Notes: generated by a model from the sequence alone, not told the origin. A DNA stretch of 64,000 nucleotides from Eledone cirrhosa (GCA_964016885.1 OZ024753.1:7626001-7690000), one strand, 5' to 3'. Positions 40,488-53,956 are shown, counted from the stretch's first letter. Translations and numbers: made by a program.

Positions 40488-42568
40488 TTACCTCAGAATA
40501 TCTTACACTATACCTTACCTCAGAATATCTTACACTATACCTTACCTCAGAATATCTTACACTATACCTTACCTCAGAATATCTTACACTATACCTTACC
40601 TCAGAATATCTTACACTATACCTTACCTCAGAATATCTTACACTGTACCTTACCTCAGAATATCTTACACTATACCTTACCTCAGAATATCTTACACTAT
40701 ACCTTACCTCAGAATATCTTACACTGTACCTTACCTCAGAATATCTTACACTATACCTTACCTCAGAATATCTTACACTATACCTTACCTCAGAATATCT
40801 TACACTATACCTTACCTCAGAATATCTTACACTGTACCTTACCTCAGAATATCTTACACTGTACCTTACCTCATAATATCTTACACTATACCTTACCTCA
40901 GAATATCTTACACTGTACCTTACCTCAGAATATCTTACACTATACCTTACCTCAGAATATCTTACACTATACCTTACCTCAGAATATCTTACACTATACC
41001 TTACCTCAGAATATCTTACACTGTACCTTACCTCAGAATATCTTACACTATACCTTACCTCAGAATATCTTACACTGTACCTTACCTCAGAATATCTTAC
41101 ACTATACCTTACCTCAGAATATCTTACACTATACCTTACCTCAGAATATCTTACACTATACCTTACCTCAGAATATCTTACACTATACCTTACCTCAGAA
41201 TATCTTACACTATACCTTACCTCAGAATATCTTACACTATACCTTACCTCAGAATATCTTACACTATACCTTACCTCAGAATATCTTACACTGTACCTTA
41301 CCTCAGAATATCTTACACTATACCTTACCTCAGAATATCTTACACTATACCTTACCTCAGAATATCTTACACTATACCTTACCTCAGAATATCTTACACT
41401 ATACCTTACCTCAGAATATCTTACACTATACCTTACCTCAGAATATCTTACACTGTACCTTACCTCAGAATATCTTACACTGTACCTTACCTCAGAATAT
41501 CTTACACTATACCTTACCTCAGAATATCTTACACTATACCTTACCTCAGAATATCTTACACTATACCTTACCTCAGAATATCTTACACTATACCTTACCT
41601 CAGAATATCTTACACTATACCTTACCTCAGAATATCTTACACTATACCTTACCTCAGAATATCTTACACTATACCTTACCTCAGAATATCTTACACTGTA
41701 CCTTACCTCAGAATATCTTACACTATACCTTACCTCAGAATATCTTACACTATACCTTACCTCAGAATATCTTACACTATACCTTACCTCAGAATATCTT
41801 ACACTGTACCTTACCTCAGAATATCTTACACTATACCTTACCTCAGAATATCTTACACTATACCTTACCTCAGAATATCTTACACTATACCTTACCTCAG
41901 AATATCTTACACTATACCTTACCTCAGAATATCTTACACTGTACCTTACCTCAGAATATCTTACACTGTACCTTACCTCAGAATATCTTACACTATACCT
42001 TACCTCAGAATATCTTACACTATACCTTACCTCAGAATATCTTACACTATACCTTACCTCAGAATATCTTACACTATACCTTACCTCAGAATATCTTACA
42101 CTATACCTTACCTCAGAATATCTTACACTATACCTTACCTCAGAATATCTTACACTATACCTTACCTCAGAATATCTTACACTATACCTTACCTCAGAAT
42201 ATCTTACACTGTACCTTACCTCAGAATATCTTACACTATACCTTACCTCAGAATATCTTACACTATACCTTACCTCAGAATATCTTACACTATACCTTAC
42301 CTCAGAATATCTTACACTATACCTTACCTCAGAATATCTTACACTATACCTTACCTCAGAATATCTTACACTGTACCTTACCTCAGAATATCTTACACTA
42401 TACCTTACCTCAGAATATCTTACACTATACCTTACCTCAGAATATCTTACACTATACCTTACCTCAGAATATCTTACACTATACCTTACCTATGAATCTA
42501 TGAATATATTACACTGTAAGATATTCTGAGGTAAGGTACAGTGTAATATATTCTGAGGTAAGGTACAG
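40488..42568. repeat. 27-bp minisatellite (~74 units) ending in two inverted units
   Basis: CCTTACCTCAGAATATCTTACACT(A/G)TA to 42491; TGTAAGATATTCTGAGGTAAGGTACAGTG at 42515-42568. Confidence 0.97.
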
Positions 42569-43091
42569 TTGTTTAGCTTCTATTCCTAGTACTTTACATA
42601 GAGTGCTTTTTACACTGACCCCCAGAAGCCTAGATAGAAGGCGTTAAAACAAAAACAGAATATTGGTGGAAAGAAGAACTGAGAATTGAAATAGATTTAA
42701 CTAAATCCGGAAAAAGTATTTGGATCGTTGCTCTACCGATTTTTGCCACTAACAAATATTTCTTACATTGGCACAAGGCCACACATTTCTGACATAGCAT
42801 GTAGTCGATTCCATCGACAGAAATAGTTTGGATTTCGAGATGAAAATGTGTTAAAGGTTGGCCGTCGGAGAACCGTGGTATATAAACTATGAAGGTCTGT
42901 TGTATCATAGAGAAGTTCTCAAGTAGAGTGTGAATCTTCACAATTTCTTTTTCACAGCAAACTTACCACCAGGAATATAGTCATCTCTCCGCTGGGGAAA
43001 CAATTATAATACGTAATAAATTGAGTTCCTATGCATCACTAATTCTTCGTTTTCCATTTTATATATACACACACACACACACTCACACACT

Positions 43092-43199
<108 letters not shown>

Positions 43200-43223
43200 A
43201 ACACACACATACAACACATACAT

Positions 43224-43275
<52 letters not shown>

Positions 43276-43277
<2 letters not shown>

Positions 43278-43628
43278 AGGCACATGGCTTAATGGTTAGA
43301 GCATTGGCCTTGCAATCGAAAGGTTGTGAGTTTAATTCTCAGACCGGGTGATGTGTTGTTTCCTTGAGCAAGACACTTTATTTCACATTGCTCCAGTTTA
43401 CTCAGCTGTAGAAATGATATGATAGGACTGGGGTCCCTATCATTCCACTGCAAAGTGGTCGTGGAGGTGCCACGGCAAAAAAGCACCCAGTACTCACTGT
43501 AAATGAGGTTGGTGTTAGGAAAGGCATCCAGCTGTAGAAATCAAACCAAAATCAGTTCCCGTCCCACCCTTGCAAGCAGGGAAAAAGCGGACGTAAAATG
43601 AAATGATGATGATGATGATGATGATGAT
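43276..43628 (+). mobile_element. tRNA-derived CORE-type SINE with a different 3' tail ending in (GAT)n
   Basis: Head TGGCTTAATGGTTAG, CORE-like CCTTGAGCAAGACACTTTATTTCAC, then GGTTGGTGTTAGGAAAGGCATCCAGCTGTAGAAA...GGACGTAAAATG(ATG)n. Confidence 0.78.
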
Positions 43629-43638
43629 ATATATATAT

Positions 43639-43696
<58 letters not shown>

Positions 43697-43698
43697 TC

Positions 43699-43736
<38 letters not shown>

Positions 43737-43737
<1 letters not shown>

Positions 43738-44121
43738 GGGATAACTAATTATTGTTTTAAGTAATCCACTTAGATGTAGTCAACGCTTGGCTAAGTTTGA
43801 CTCAACAAGACGTTTCCATAGTGATGCTGTGAGTACGCAGTGATTTCTATGTAGTTTACACTTGGAGTAATAATAAATCAAGAAAGAAGAGTGACATGGT
43901 TTGCTATACAATAAGGGCTTTATTCACATTGCTGACAATTGTTTCTCTGAACTGGTAGGTCTAGAGATCGCTACCCGCCTGTTTTTGCGTCAGTCGATCG
44001 ATCGATTGACGCAAAAACAAGAGGGGAAGCGATCTCTAGACCTACCAGTTCAGAGAAACAATTGTCAGCAAAGTGAATAAAGGCCATATTGTATAGCAAA
44101 CCATGTCACTCTTCTTTCTTG

Positions 44122-44126
<5 letters not shown>
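43737..44126. mobile_element. Fold-back element (~126-bp arms) with a truncated hammerhead
   Basis: 43874-43999 inverts 44000-44126 around TCGATCGATCGA; GAAA-CAATTG-TC at 44055-44066; flanked by (TA)n. Confidence 0.75.
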
Positions 44127-44188
<62 letters not shown>

Positions 44189-44261
44189 CATACATATTTA
44201 TATATAAGCATATACTTACATATTTTTATATACATATTTATTTATATATATATATATACAT

Positions 44262-45116
44262 GGTGGGTGGCTGCCAAATCGTTTTCGAGTACGGCCACTA
44301 CTATATATCCATGTAGGAGAACCCCTACCGATGCACTGAACGAATGTCACTTTTTAGTCCAGCCAGTGACTTGAAAACTCTGGTACAAACACTACACTTG
44401 TGACAATTATTGACACAGTGCTGGGCCCATGGTACCATGTGACGACAAGTGCAGAGAGATCTCCATATATAAAGCAATGCCTGTGCCGTGAAGCTTTTAT
44501 AGTGAGCAAAGACACTGCACAAAGCCAGTCCCACTCTCTTAAACAAGATGATATTTACCAAAAAGAAGAACAAGTCAACATCATTGGATACCATCAGAGT
44601 TGCAGGTGTTATATCAGAGTTTTCCTTTTCCTAGAATTCTGCCTTGACAAAGGCTCAGGGGGTCATCTCTCTCGGTGATTTTGGATGGCCATTGACTCTT
44701 AAGAGCTCCTTTGCGCTTATATATATATATATGGTGGCTGCCAACTCGTTTTCGAGTACGGCCACTACTTTATATCCATGTAGGAGAGCCCCTACCGATG
44801 CGCTGAACGAATGTGACTTTTTAGTCCAGCCAGCGACTTGAAAACTCTGGTACAAAGACTACACTTGTGACCATTATTGACACATAGTGCAGGGCCCATG
44901 GTACCATGTGATGACAAGTGCAGAGAGATCTCCAGATATAAAGCAATGCCTGTGCTGTGAAGCTTTTATAGTGAGCAAAGGCACTGCACAAAGCCAGTCC
45001 CACTCTCTTAACCAAGATGATATTTACCAAAAAGAAGAACAAGTCAACATCATTGGATACCATCAGGGTGCAGGTGTTATATCAGAGTTTTCCTTCTCCT
45101 AGAATTTTGCCTTGAC
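44262..45116 (-). mobile_element. RTE-tailed short retroelement, two adjacent copies (44262-44718, 44732-45116)
   Basis: Same family as 17260; shared 3' end, different 5' endpoints. Confidence 0.78.
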
Positions 45117-45183
45117 ATATACATATATATATATTTACATATGCCTTGACATATACATATATATATATTTACATATTTATATA

Positions 45184-45249
<66 letters not shown>

Positions 45250-45489
45250 TATTCATTCATATATATATGTGTGGGTGTGTGTGTAGGTGTATCCTAGAGA
45301 TTCTTATATACATAAAACTAACTCTCTCTATACAATGCATCGAACCATCCACAGACACTGATGCAAGCAGTTTCACAAACTGGTAAGATTATACATACAT
45401 ACATATATATATATATACACACATACACATCTTCTTTCTCCACACCAATCTAACAATGTGTACATCACCATCACACACACACACACACA

Positions 45490-45566
<77 letters not shown>

Positions 45567-46023
45567 CGATGCCAAGACGTAGATATGTACGGCGGTGTTG
45601 TAAAGATGTAGTTATGTGTAACTGGCGTAAATATTCCTGCAAGCTAACACGTTTAGAGAACAGATTCTGGTAAACATTTTACGGTGAGCTCACCTCTTAC
45701 ATATATACAGGCGCAGATTGCACAGACATTCATGATATGCAATGTATAAAGACACTTGAAAATACGTATGTATGTATCTATGTATATATATCCAACCACA
45801 GCCGGCTATTGCCAGTGAATCTTTTGGTTGCCGACTCTTTGCAAGACATTTTAGATCATTGGCTGGGCTAAAAAGCCACATTCGATCGCGGCGCTGTTAG
45901 TTGCTATCGTGTTTGTGTATGTGTGTATAGATATGTTTATGTGTGTGCGTGTGTGTATATATATATATATATATATGTATATGTATATTATTATTGTTGT
46001 TGTTGTCGTTATTATTGTTGTTG

Positions 46024-46106
<83 letters not shown>

Positions 46107-46124
46107 GTTGTTATTATAGTTGTA

Positions 46125-46345
46125 GAGGTGCCACACTGGCATACAGCCTTTCCAGGGCAGTTTAAAACAATGCTGGAGCCCATCTCCTCTCCAGGCCTGA
46201 ATAAATCAGATATATTCCAGAGAAGAATAGAATGTTAGTGAAAGGCAGTAAGAGGGAGATATAGAGGAAGAAATTCACCCCCAGTTCATGACTGGTAATT
46301 TTGTTTTCGATCCCGAATGTGTGAAATGCAAAGTTGACGTCGGCT
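46125..46345 (-). mobile_element. Diverged long-tail SINE fragment
   Basis: Core followed by the long tail on the minus strand. Confidence 0.62.
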
Positions 46346-46387
46346 GTATAGTACACAATACATAAATGAACTAACCGAAGTTATCAG

Positions 46388-47772
46388 TCTCTAAGTCTAA
46401 AGTCTGTCTTAAGCCAGGGGGCTCATCGGGTCGGTGCTTTTCCCGGTTTCATGGCATGAAGCGACTGAGAGTACAGGACTCTCTCCTGGATAGGACGTCA
46501 GTCCATCGCAGGGTTAATCCCCCAGCTATTACTGGTACTTATCCCGGTTTCATGGCGTAATGCGACTGAGAGTACAGGACTCTCTCCTGGATAGGACGTC
46601 AGTCCATCGCAGGGTTAAACCCCCAGCTATTACTGGTACTTATCCCGGTTTCATGGCGGGAAGCGACTGAGAGTTCAAGACTTCCCCCTGGAGAGGACGT
46701 CAGTTCATCGCAGGGTTAAACCCCCAGCTATTACTGGTACTTATCCCGGTTTAATGGCGGGAGGCGACTGAGAGTTCAAGACTTCCCCCTGGACAGGACG
46801 TCAGTTCATCGCAGGGTTAAACCCCCAGCTATTACTGGTACTTATCCCGGTTTCATGGCGGGAAGCGACTGAGAGTTCAAGACTTCCCCCTGGACAGGAC
46901 GTCAGTTCATCGCAGGGTTAAACCCCCAGCTATTACTGGTACTTATCCCGGTTTCATGGCGGGAAGCGACTGAGAGTTCAAGACTTCCCCCTGGACAGGA
47001 CGTCAGTTCATCGCAGGGTTAAACCCCCAGCTATTACTGGTACTTATCCCGGTTTCATGGCGGGAAGCGACTGAGAGTTCAAGACTTCCCCCTGGACAGG
47101 ACGTCAGTTCATCGCAGGGTTAAACCCCCAGCTATTACTGGTACTTATCCCGGTTTCATGGCGGGAAGCGACTGAGAGTTCAAGACTTCCCCCTGGACAG
47201 GACGTCAGTTCATCGCAGGGTTAAACCCCCAGCTATTACTGGTACTTATCCCGGTTTCATGGCGGGAAGCGACTGAGAGTTCAAGACTTCCCCCTGGACA
47301 GGACGTCAGTTCATCGCAGGGTTAAACCCCCAGCTATTACTGGTACTTATCCCGGTTTAATGGCGGGAAGCGACTGAGAGTTCAAGACTTCCCCCTGGAC
47401 AGGACGTCAGTTCATCGCAGGGTTAAACCCCCAGCTATTACTGGTACTTATCCCGGTTTCATGGCGGGAAGCGACTGAGAGTTCAAGACTTCCCCCTGGA
47501 CAGGACGTCAGTTCATCGCAGGGTTAAGCCCCCAGCTATTACTGGTGCTTATCCCGGTTTAATGGCGGGAAGCGACTGAGAGTACAAGACTTCCCCCTGG
47601 ACAGGACGTCAGTTCATCGCAGGGTTAAACCCCCTAGCAATTGCTGGTATTCATTTTCAGCTGAGTATACTGGAGCAACGTGAAATGAAGTGTCTTGCTC
47701 AAGAACACAACACGCAACACAGGAATCGAACCCACGACATTCTAATCGTAAGTCCAACACCCTTACCACTAG
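46388..47772 (-). mobile_element. CORE-type SINE with twelve tandem 101-bp internal units
   Basis: Tail at 46388-46440, units start at 46441, 46542 ... 47552, CORE and tRNA head at 47650-47772. Confidence 0.92.
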
Positions 47773-47875
47773 GTAAAGTGTCTCCACTGAAATTACCAGA
47801 ACATACGCTTTATACACATTAGATTTACCACACAAACAAACAGGCACATACACGCGCACACCGACACACACACAA

Positions 47876-47916
<41 letters not shown>

Positions 47917-48246
47917 CACAAACAAACACATACACACACAAACATACAAACTCACACACAAACACACACACAAACTCACACACAAACATACACAGGGAAA
48001 CAGGCGGAAACATAGTTATATATGTCTAAATACTTGAATATTCCAAGATGCAAATATGGCTGACTTTGTGCACATACATAATACGAATGTCACAGCCGAT
48101 GGGGTGTTATGCAAATTAGACTAACCACGTAAATAAACACACGCCACACAATTATATGTGTAAATACACACACATTCCTGAATGTAAACATGTTCATTTG
48201 AATGTGCATATACATATCCACATGTAGACATATAGTCCTAAGCACA

Positions 48247-48947
<701 letters not shown>

Positions 48948-49132
48948 AGTTGTATTCTATGTGTACACTTAAGATAAGAATCAAGATTTGTGTCCAGTGG
49001 CATGTTGCATCTAGAATCATTTGTTTTCTAGAACGTTCCATCTAAATTGCAAAGATCAGTTTCAATTATTCTCAAATCTTAGCAACAAATATTGAAATAA
49101 AAATAATAATGAAAACCCATAAGATACTCAAA

Positions 49133-49195
<63 letters not shown>

Positions 49196-49528
49196 TACTG
49201 CATATACATACGTAGAAGTATATATATATTTATGGAGAACCGAACAAACAAGTGCCAAAAATTAAAAAAAATAAACTACCTTACCTAAGTGACTGTCTGT
49301 CTGTATGTATGTATGTATGTATGTATGTATGTATGTATGTATGTATGTATGTATGTATGTATGTATGTATGTATGACTGTCTGCCTGTCTGCCTGCCTGC
49401 CTGCCTGTCTGTATGTATGTATGTCTGTCTGTTTGTCTGTTTGTCTTGCTTACGAACAGACAGATTCAACAAACAAGTGAAGTCACGAATAAAATATAGC
49501 GATACGACTGCTACTACTACTACTATTT

Positions 49529-49568
<40 letters not shown>

Positions 49569-49781
49569 CAATATTAACACCAGTAGTAGTAGTAGCAGCA
49601 GCAGCTGTGATGGTGGAGGTGGTGGTGGTGGTGGCGGTGGCACTAATGGATATATAGTAGACGGAATACGAAGTCAAAGAATGTAAAATTTAAAAGGAAT
49701 CCAGATTTTAGGAGCGTATTGCTTCATTTCTTTCCTATTAAATCAATTGCCTGCTTATAACTCAATAGGTAAACGTTGGCC

Positions 49782-49970
49782 ATTATTAAAGTACCAGTAA
49801 TGCACTGGGTTATTTGCTGGCCTTGTGCCTAAAGTAGAAACAATTATTAAAGTACCAGTAATGTACTGGGTATTTGCTGGCCTTGTGCCTAAAGTAGAAA
49901 CAATTATTAAAGTACCAGTAATGTACTGAGTATTTGCTGGCCTTGTGCTTAAAGTAGAAACAATTATTAT
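49782..49970 (+). repeat. Three tandem ~60-bp SINE 3' tails
   Basis: ATTATTAAAGTACCAGTAATG...AAAGTAGAAACA occurs three times. Confidence 0.92.
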
Positions 49971-49974
49971 TTTG

Positions 49975-50168
49975 GGGATTGGCAGTGTCGGTAGAGCGTC
50001 GGACGCCAGGCTTTGCAGCTTAGAGTTACGTCCCTTTGTGATCTGAGTTCAAATCCCGCCGAGGTTAACTTTGCCTTTCATCCTTACGGGGTCGATAAAA
50101 TAAAGTACCAGTAATACACTGAGGGTTTTGCTGGCCTTGTGCCAAAAGCAGAAACAATTATTATTATT
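49975..50168 (+). mobile_element. tRNA-derived SINE, full length
   Basis: A/B boxes, core, tail and (ATT)n. Confidence 0.92.
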
Positions 50169-50189
50169 AGGAACTTCTTTACAACCATG

Positions 50190-51115
50190 AACACTATCAC
50201 CAACACTACCACCACCACCACCACTACTATCATCTCCACCACCACCATTACTACTATCATCTCCACCACCACCACCACCACTACTACTATCATCTCCACC
50301 ACCACCACCACCACCACTACTACTACTATCATCTCCACCACCACCACCACCACTACTACTATCATCTCCACCACCACCACTACTACTATCATCTCCACCA
50401 CCACCACCACCACTACCACCACTATCATCTCCACCAACACCGCCACCACCACTATCATCTCCACCACCACCACCACTACTACTATCATATCCACCACCAC
50501 CACCACCCCCACCACTACTACTATCATATCCACCACCACCACCACCACTACCACTATCATCTCCACCACCACCACCACTACCGCCACCACCACTATCATC
50601 TTCACCACCACCACCACCACCACCACTATCATCTCCACCACCACCACCACCACTACTACTATCATCTCCACCACAACCACTACCACCACGACCACTACTA
50701 TCATCTCCACCACCACCACCACCACCACCACTACTACTATCATATCCACCACCACCACTACTATCATCTCCACCACCACCACTACTATCATCTCCACCAC
50801 CACCACCACTATCATCTCCACCGCCACCACCACTACTATCATGTCCACCACCACTATCATCTCCACCACCACCACCGCTACCACTATCATCTCCACCATC
50901 ACCACCACCACCACCACCACCACTACTACTACTACTATCATCTCCAACAACACCACCACCACCACCACCACTACTACTACTACTATCATCTCCAACAACA
51001 CCACCACCACCACCACTACTATCATCTCCACCACCACCACCACTATCATCTCCACCACCACCACCACCACCACCACCACCGCTACCACTATCAGCAACAA
51101 ACCCCATCACCACCA
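50190..51115. repeat. Variable (ACC)n(ACT)nATCATCTCC compound repeat
   Basis: Directly visible. Confidence 0.93.
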
Positions 51116-51442
51116 TCTTTGCCTGAACTGATTTCTCGTTACGGTGACTGTCATTGTTTCAGCTGTAGAAATCGATATCTTATGAAAAGCTATGTGGGAA
51201 ATCTGTGTTATCATACGGAGGATCTGATTTATCACATGGTGAATCTCGAATCAGAATGAAGAGACGGGTATTTATCTTCAGGGTTGTCTAGCACATGTAG
51301 CAAGAATTGTTCAATATCAAAACCAACACCACCCCAAACACACGTCACACCACCTCCTGCGTGACGTCTCATTCCTATTGTATCCTGTCGTTTTCAACGA
51401 TATGCCCGCTGTGCTTGTTAGAAATATACATACATAAGTATA

Positions 51443-51844
51443 TATGTAGGAGGTGAGTTTTATTGTAGCACAATAAAGCAATGCAAATATCAGATAAGTA
51501 GCACTCCACAGTTTATAGGACTGGAGTATAAAAATAATATAAGATCAAAAGATGGTTAAAAGAGTTCCAAGTATTTTATTATGCGCATTTCAAAAACAAA
51601 TATCATCATGGGATGATATCTGCGTTCTCATCAGATAAAATAGGGAGACATGACATGATATGAAGCTTAAAAAACACTTTTGAGCAGTGAAGTTTTAAAT
51701 CAACATATGTCTTTTAAGCTTCATATCATGTCTCCCTATTTTATCTGATGAGAATGCAGATATCATCCCATGATGATATTTGTTTTTGAAATGCGCATAA
51801 TAAAATACTTGGAACTCTTTTAACCATCTTTTGATCTTATATTA
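51443..51844. mobile_element. Penelope-like fold-back element (~135-bp arms) with hammerheads on both strands
   Basis: 51535-51672 inverts 51712-51844; TACATAAGTATATAT occurs on both flanks (51431 and 51843). Confidence 0.85.
51737..51807 (+). ncRNA. Type I hammerhead ribozyme (mirror copy on the minus strand at 51572-51642)
   Basis: TATTTTAT-CTGATGA-16-bp stem II (loop CCAT)-GAAA-TGCGCA-TA-ATAAAATA; perfect 8-bp stem I. Confidence 0.88.
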
Positions 51845-51877
51845 CATAAGTATATATATATATATATATATATATTA

Positions 51878-52030
51878 ATACATAAACGGAGAAAGCTATT
51901 AGCGATACTCCGGCCAAATTCCAACTCACTCAACAAACATTAGGAAATACCTGAGTACATTCCCATTAAACGTTTGGGGTGCTAACTATATTGTATTGTG
52001 TGGATAATTGGCTGTATTATTTCATATGAG
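51878..52030. mobile_element. Dispersed repeat, second copy at 54160-54315
   Basis: CATAAACGGAGAAAGCTATTAGCGATACTCCG...GGCTGTATTATTT(C/T)ATATGAG; both copies abut (TA)n. Confidence 0.8.
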
Positions 52031-52050
52031 TTATATCAAATATCTCATTT

Positions 52051-52173
52051 CCCAGACGAATCGTTTCATTATAAGATTTCTCCAAGGTGGGTGAAATTAT
52101 ACCAAGTTATGTAGAAGCTTGTGTAAGATCAATAGATTCTTATTCAAGTGGGCTCTTATAAATCTTCAGTGGG
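52051..52173 (-). ncRNA. Hammerhead ribozyme with a long stem II insertion
   Basis: Minus: CCCA-CTGAAGA-tTTATAAGA-(77 nt)-TCTTATAAt-GAAA-CG(att)CG-TC-TGGG. Confidence 0.68.
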
Positions 52174-52230
52174 TACCCAATAACATTAATATTGATAACC
52201 AAATCAACATCAATATTTAGCGATAATCAT

Positions 52231-52505
52231 ATATTATAATAGAATATAAAAGAAAAACGAACACAGACATATATGTGTTCAAGTAGTTACCACAATTCCG
52301 GTTTGTATTTATTTTCTTAATGCGAACGCAATTGTCCATAGTTAGTATTCTTTTCACCTTACCGAATCTGGTCCCTTACGATTTGAACACAAATATGTCT
52401 GTGTTCGTTTTTCTTTTATATTCTATTATAATATACGGCTCAGAAATAACTCTTTCTTAGAGCTATTTTGTTGTGAGAGACTATTTTGAGTTCCTAACTC
52501 AATAT
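52231..52505. mobile_element. Fold-back element (~52-bp arms); 3' part related to 53780-53910
   Basis: 52231-52282 inverts 52383-52434; ACGGCTCAGAAATA...GAGCTATTT...GACTATTT.GAGTT.TAACTCAATAT is shared. Confidence 0.72.
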
Positions 52506-52535
52506 ATATCTTTGATAAGTATATATATATTTATA

Positions 52536-52740
52536 TCTGGAGATCTCTCTGCACTTGTCGTCACATGGTACCATGGGCCCAGCACTATGTGTCAATAATT
52601 GTCACAAGTGTAGTGTTTGTACCAGAGTTTTCAAGTAGCTGGCTGGACTAAAAAGTCACAATCGTTCAGCGCATCGGTAGGAGTTCTCCTACATGGATAT
52701 AAAGTAGTGGCCATACTCGAAAACGAGTTGGCAGCCACCA
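52536..52740 (+). mobile_element. RTE-tailed short retroelement, 5'-truncated
   Basis: Reverse complement of 17260-17465, followed by (TA)n. Confidence 0.78.
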
Positions 52741-52758
52741 TATATATATATATATATA

Positions 52759-53043
52759 TCTAAAGTCTAAAGACTGTCTTAAGCCAGAGGGCTCATTTGG
52801 CCGGTGCTTATCCCGGTTTCATGGCGTGAACCGACTGAGAGTACAAGACTCCCCGCTGGACAGGACGCCAGACCATCGCAGGGTTAAACCTCCAGCTATT
52901 GCTGGTACTCATTTTCAGCTGAGTATACTGGAGCAACGTGAAATGAAGTGTTTTGCTCAAGAACACATCACGCAACCCAGGAATCGAGCCCACGATATTA
53001 TGATCGTAAGTCCAACACCCTTACCACTAGGCCACGTGCCTCC
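52759..53043 (-). mobile_element. CORE-type SINE, full length with a single internal unit
   Basis: Minus: GGAGGCACGTGGCCTAGTGGTAAG (A-box)...GGCTCGATTCC (B-box)...CORE...tail (CTTTAGA)2. Confidence 0.92.
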
Positions 53044-53051
53044 TCACACAC

Positions 53052-53109
<58 letters not shown>

Positions 53110-53270
53110 AATTCGGGACCCCAACGGCTGAGCTCTGGCCGTTTCAACAGCTAGATCCGACTTTACTACCCCCAAGTATCGAGTACTCTGGTGAGTAATG
53201 GTCTAACTGGTTTTTACCGCCTCCATTCTGATGTGTGTGTGTATATATATATATATATATTTCCATGAAA

Positions 53271-53450
53271 TAATTGTTTCTACATTTGGCACAAGGCCAG
53301 CAAATACCCAGTACATTACTGGTACTTATATTTTATCGACCCCATAAGGATGAAAGGCAAAGTTAACCTCGGCGGGATTTGCACTCAGATCATAAAAGGA
53401 CGTAACTATGCTGGAAAGCATGGCATCCGACCCTCTACCGATACTGCCAA
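53271..53450 (-). mobile_element. tRNA-derived SINE, full length
   Basis: Reverse complement of the 2048 type. Confidence 0.9.
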
Positions 53451-53913
53451 ATAATAGCGAGTGCCAGGGTGACAGAACATGTCTTGGGCATTTTAAATCA
53501 AACCTTCCACTTCAAAATACTTAAGAAGACTGAGAAACATGTTTCTCAGTCGGTACCAATTTCTGGATACCTGCAGAAGAGCACAGGAATAGTAACTTTC
53601 ACTTAATTGTTGCGAAACAAATTTTAAAATTTGTCAAACAGATTTAAAGTTTGTCCAGGTATCACGGCCATTGCCAATATAGGTTTGTTATTTTTATTGA
53701 TTTATTATTTTAAATCGAGACAGGCAAACCATATTATGTTAAATTAGTATTTTTTCAACCTAGCTAACTTGGTCATTTGCAATCCGAACACTTCTATAAT
53801 TGTATAGGTGTTCATCCCTCATATATTCATTTGTATTACACGGCTCAGAAATATTCCCTTCTTTGAGCTATTTAATTGTAAAAGACTATTTCGAGTTTAT
53901 AACTCAATATTTG

Positions 53914-53956
<43 letters not shown>

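Noticed and set aside
40465-42495. 676-aa ORF of YLRISYTIP repeats
   Set aside because: Translation of a 27-bp minisatellite; unit length is a multiple of three, another frame is also open for part of it, and there is no domain.
50049-51131. Gly/Asp/Ser-rich and Thr-rich ORFs
   Set aside because: Compound triplet repeat whose ORF ends lie in a SINE.
52960-53043. tRNA gene in SINE heads
   Set aside because: A/B boxes are present but there is no complete cloverleaf or terminator, and they run into SINE bodies.
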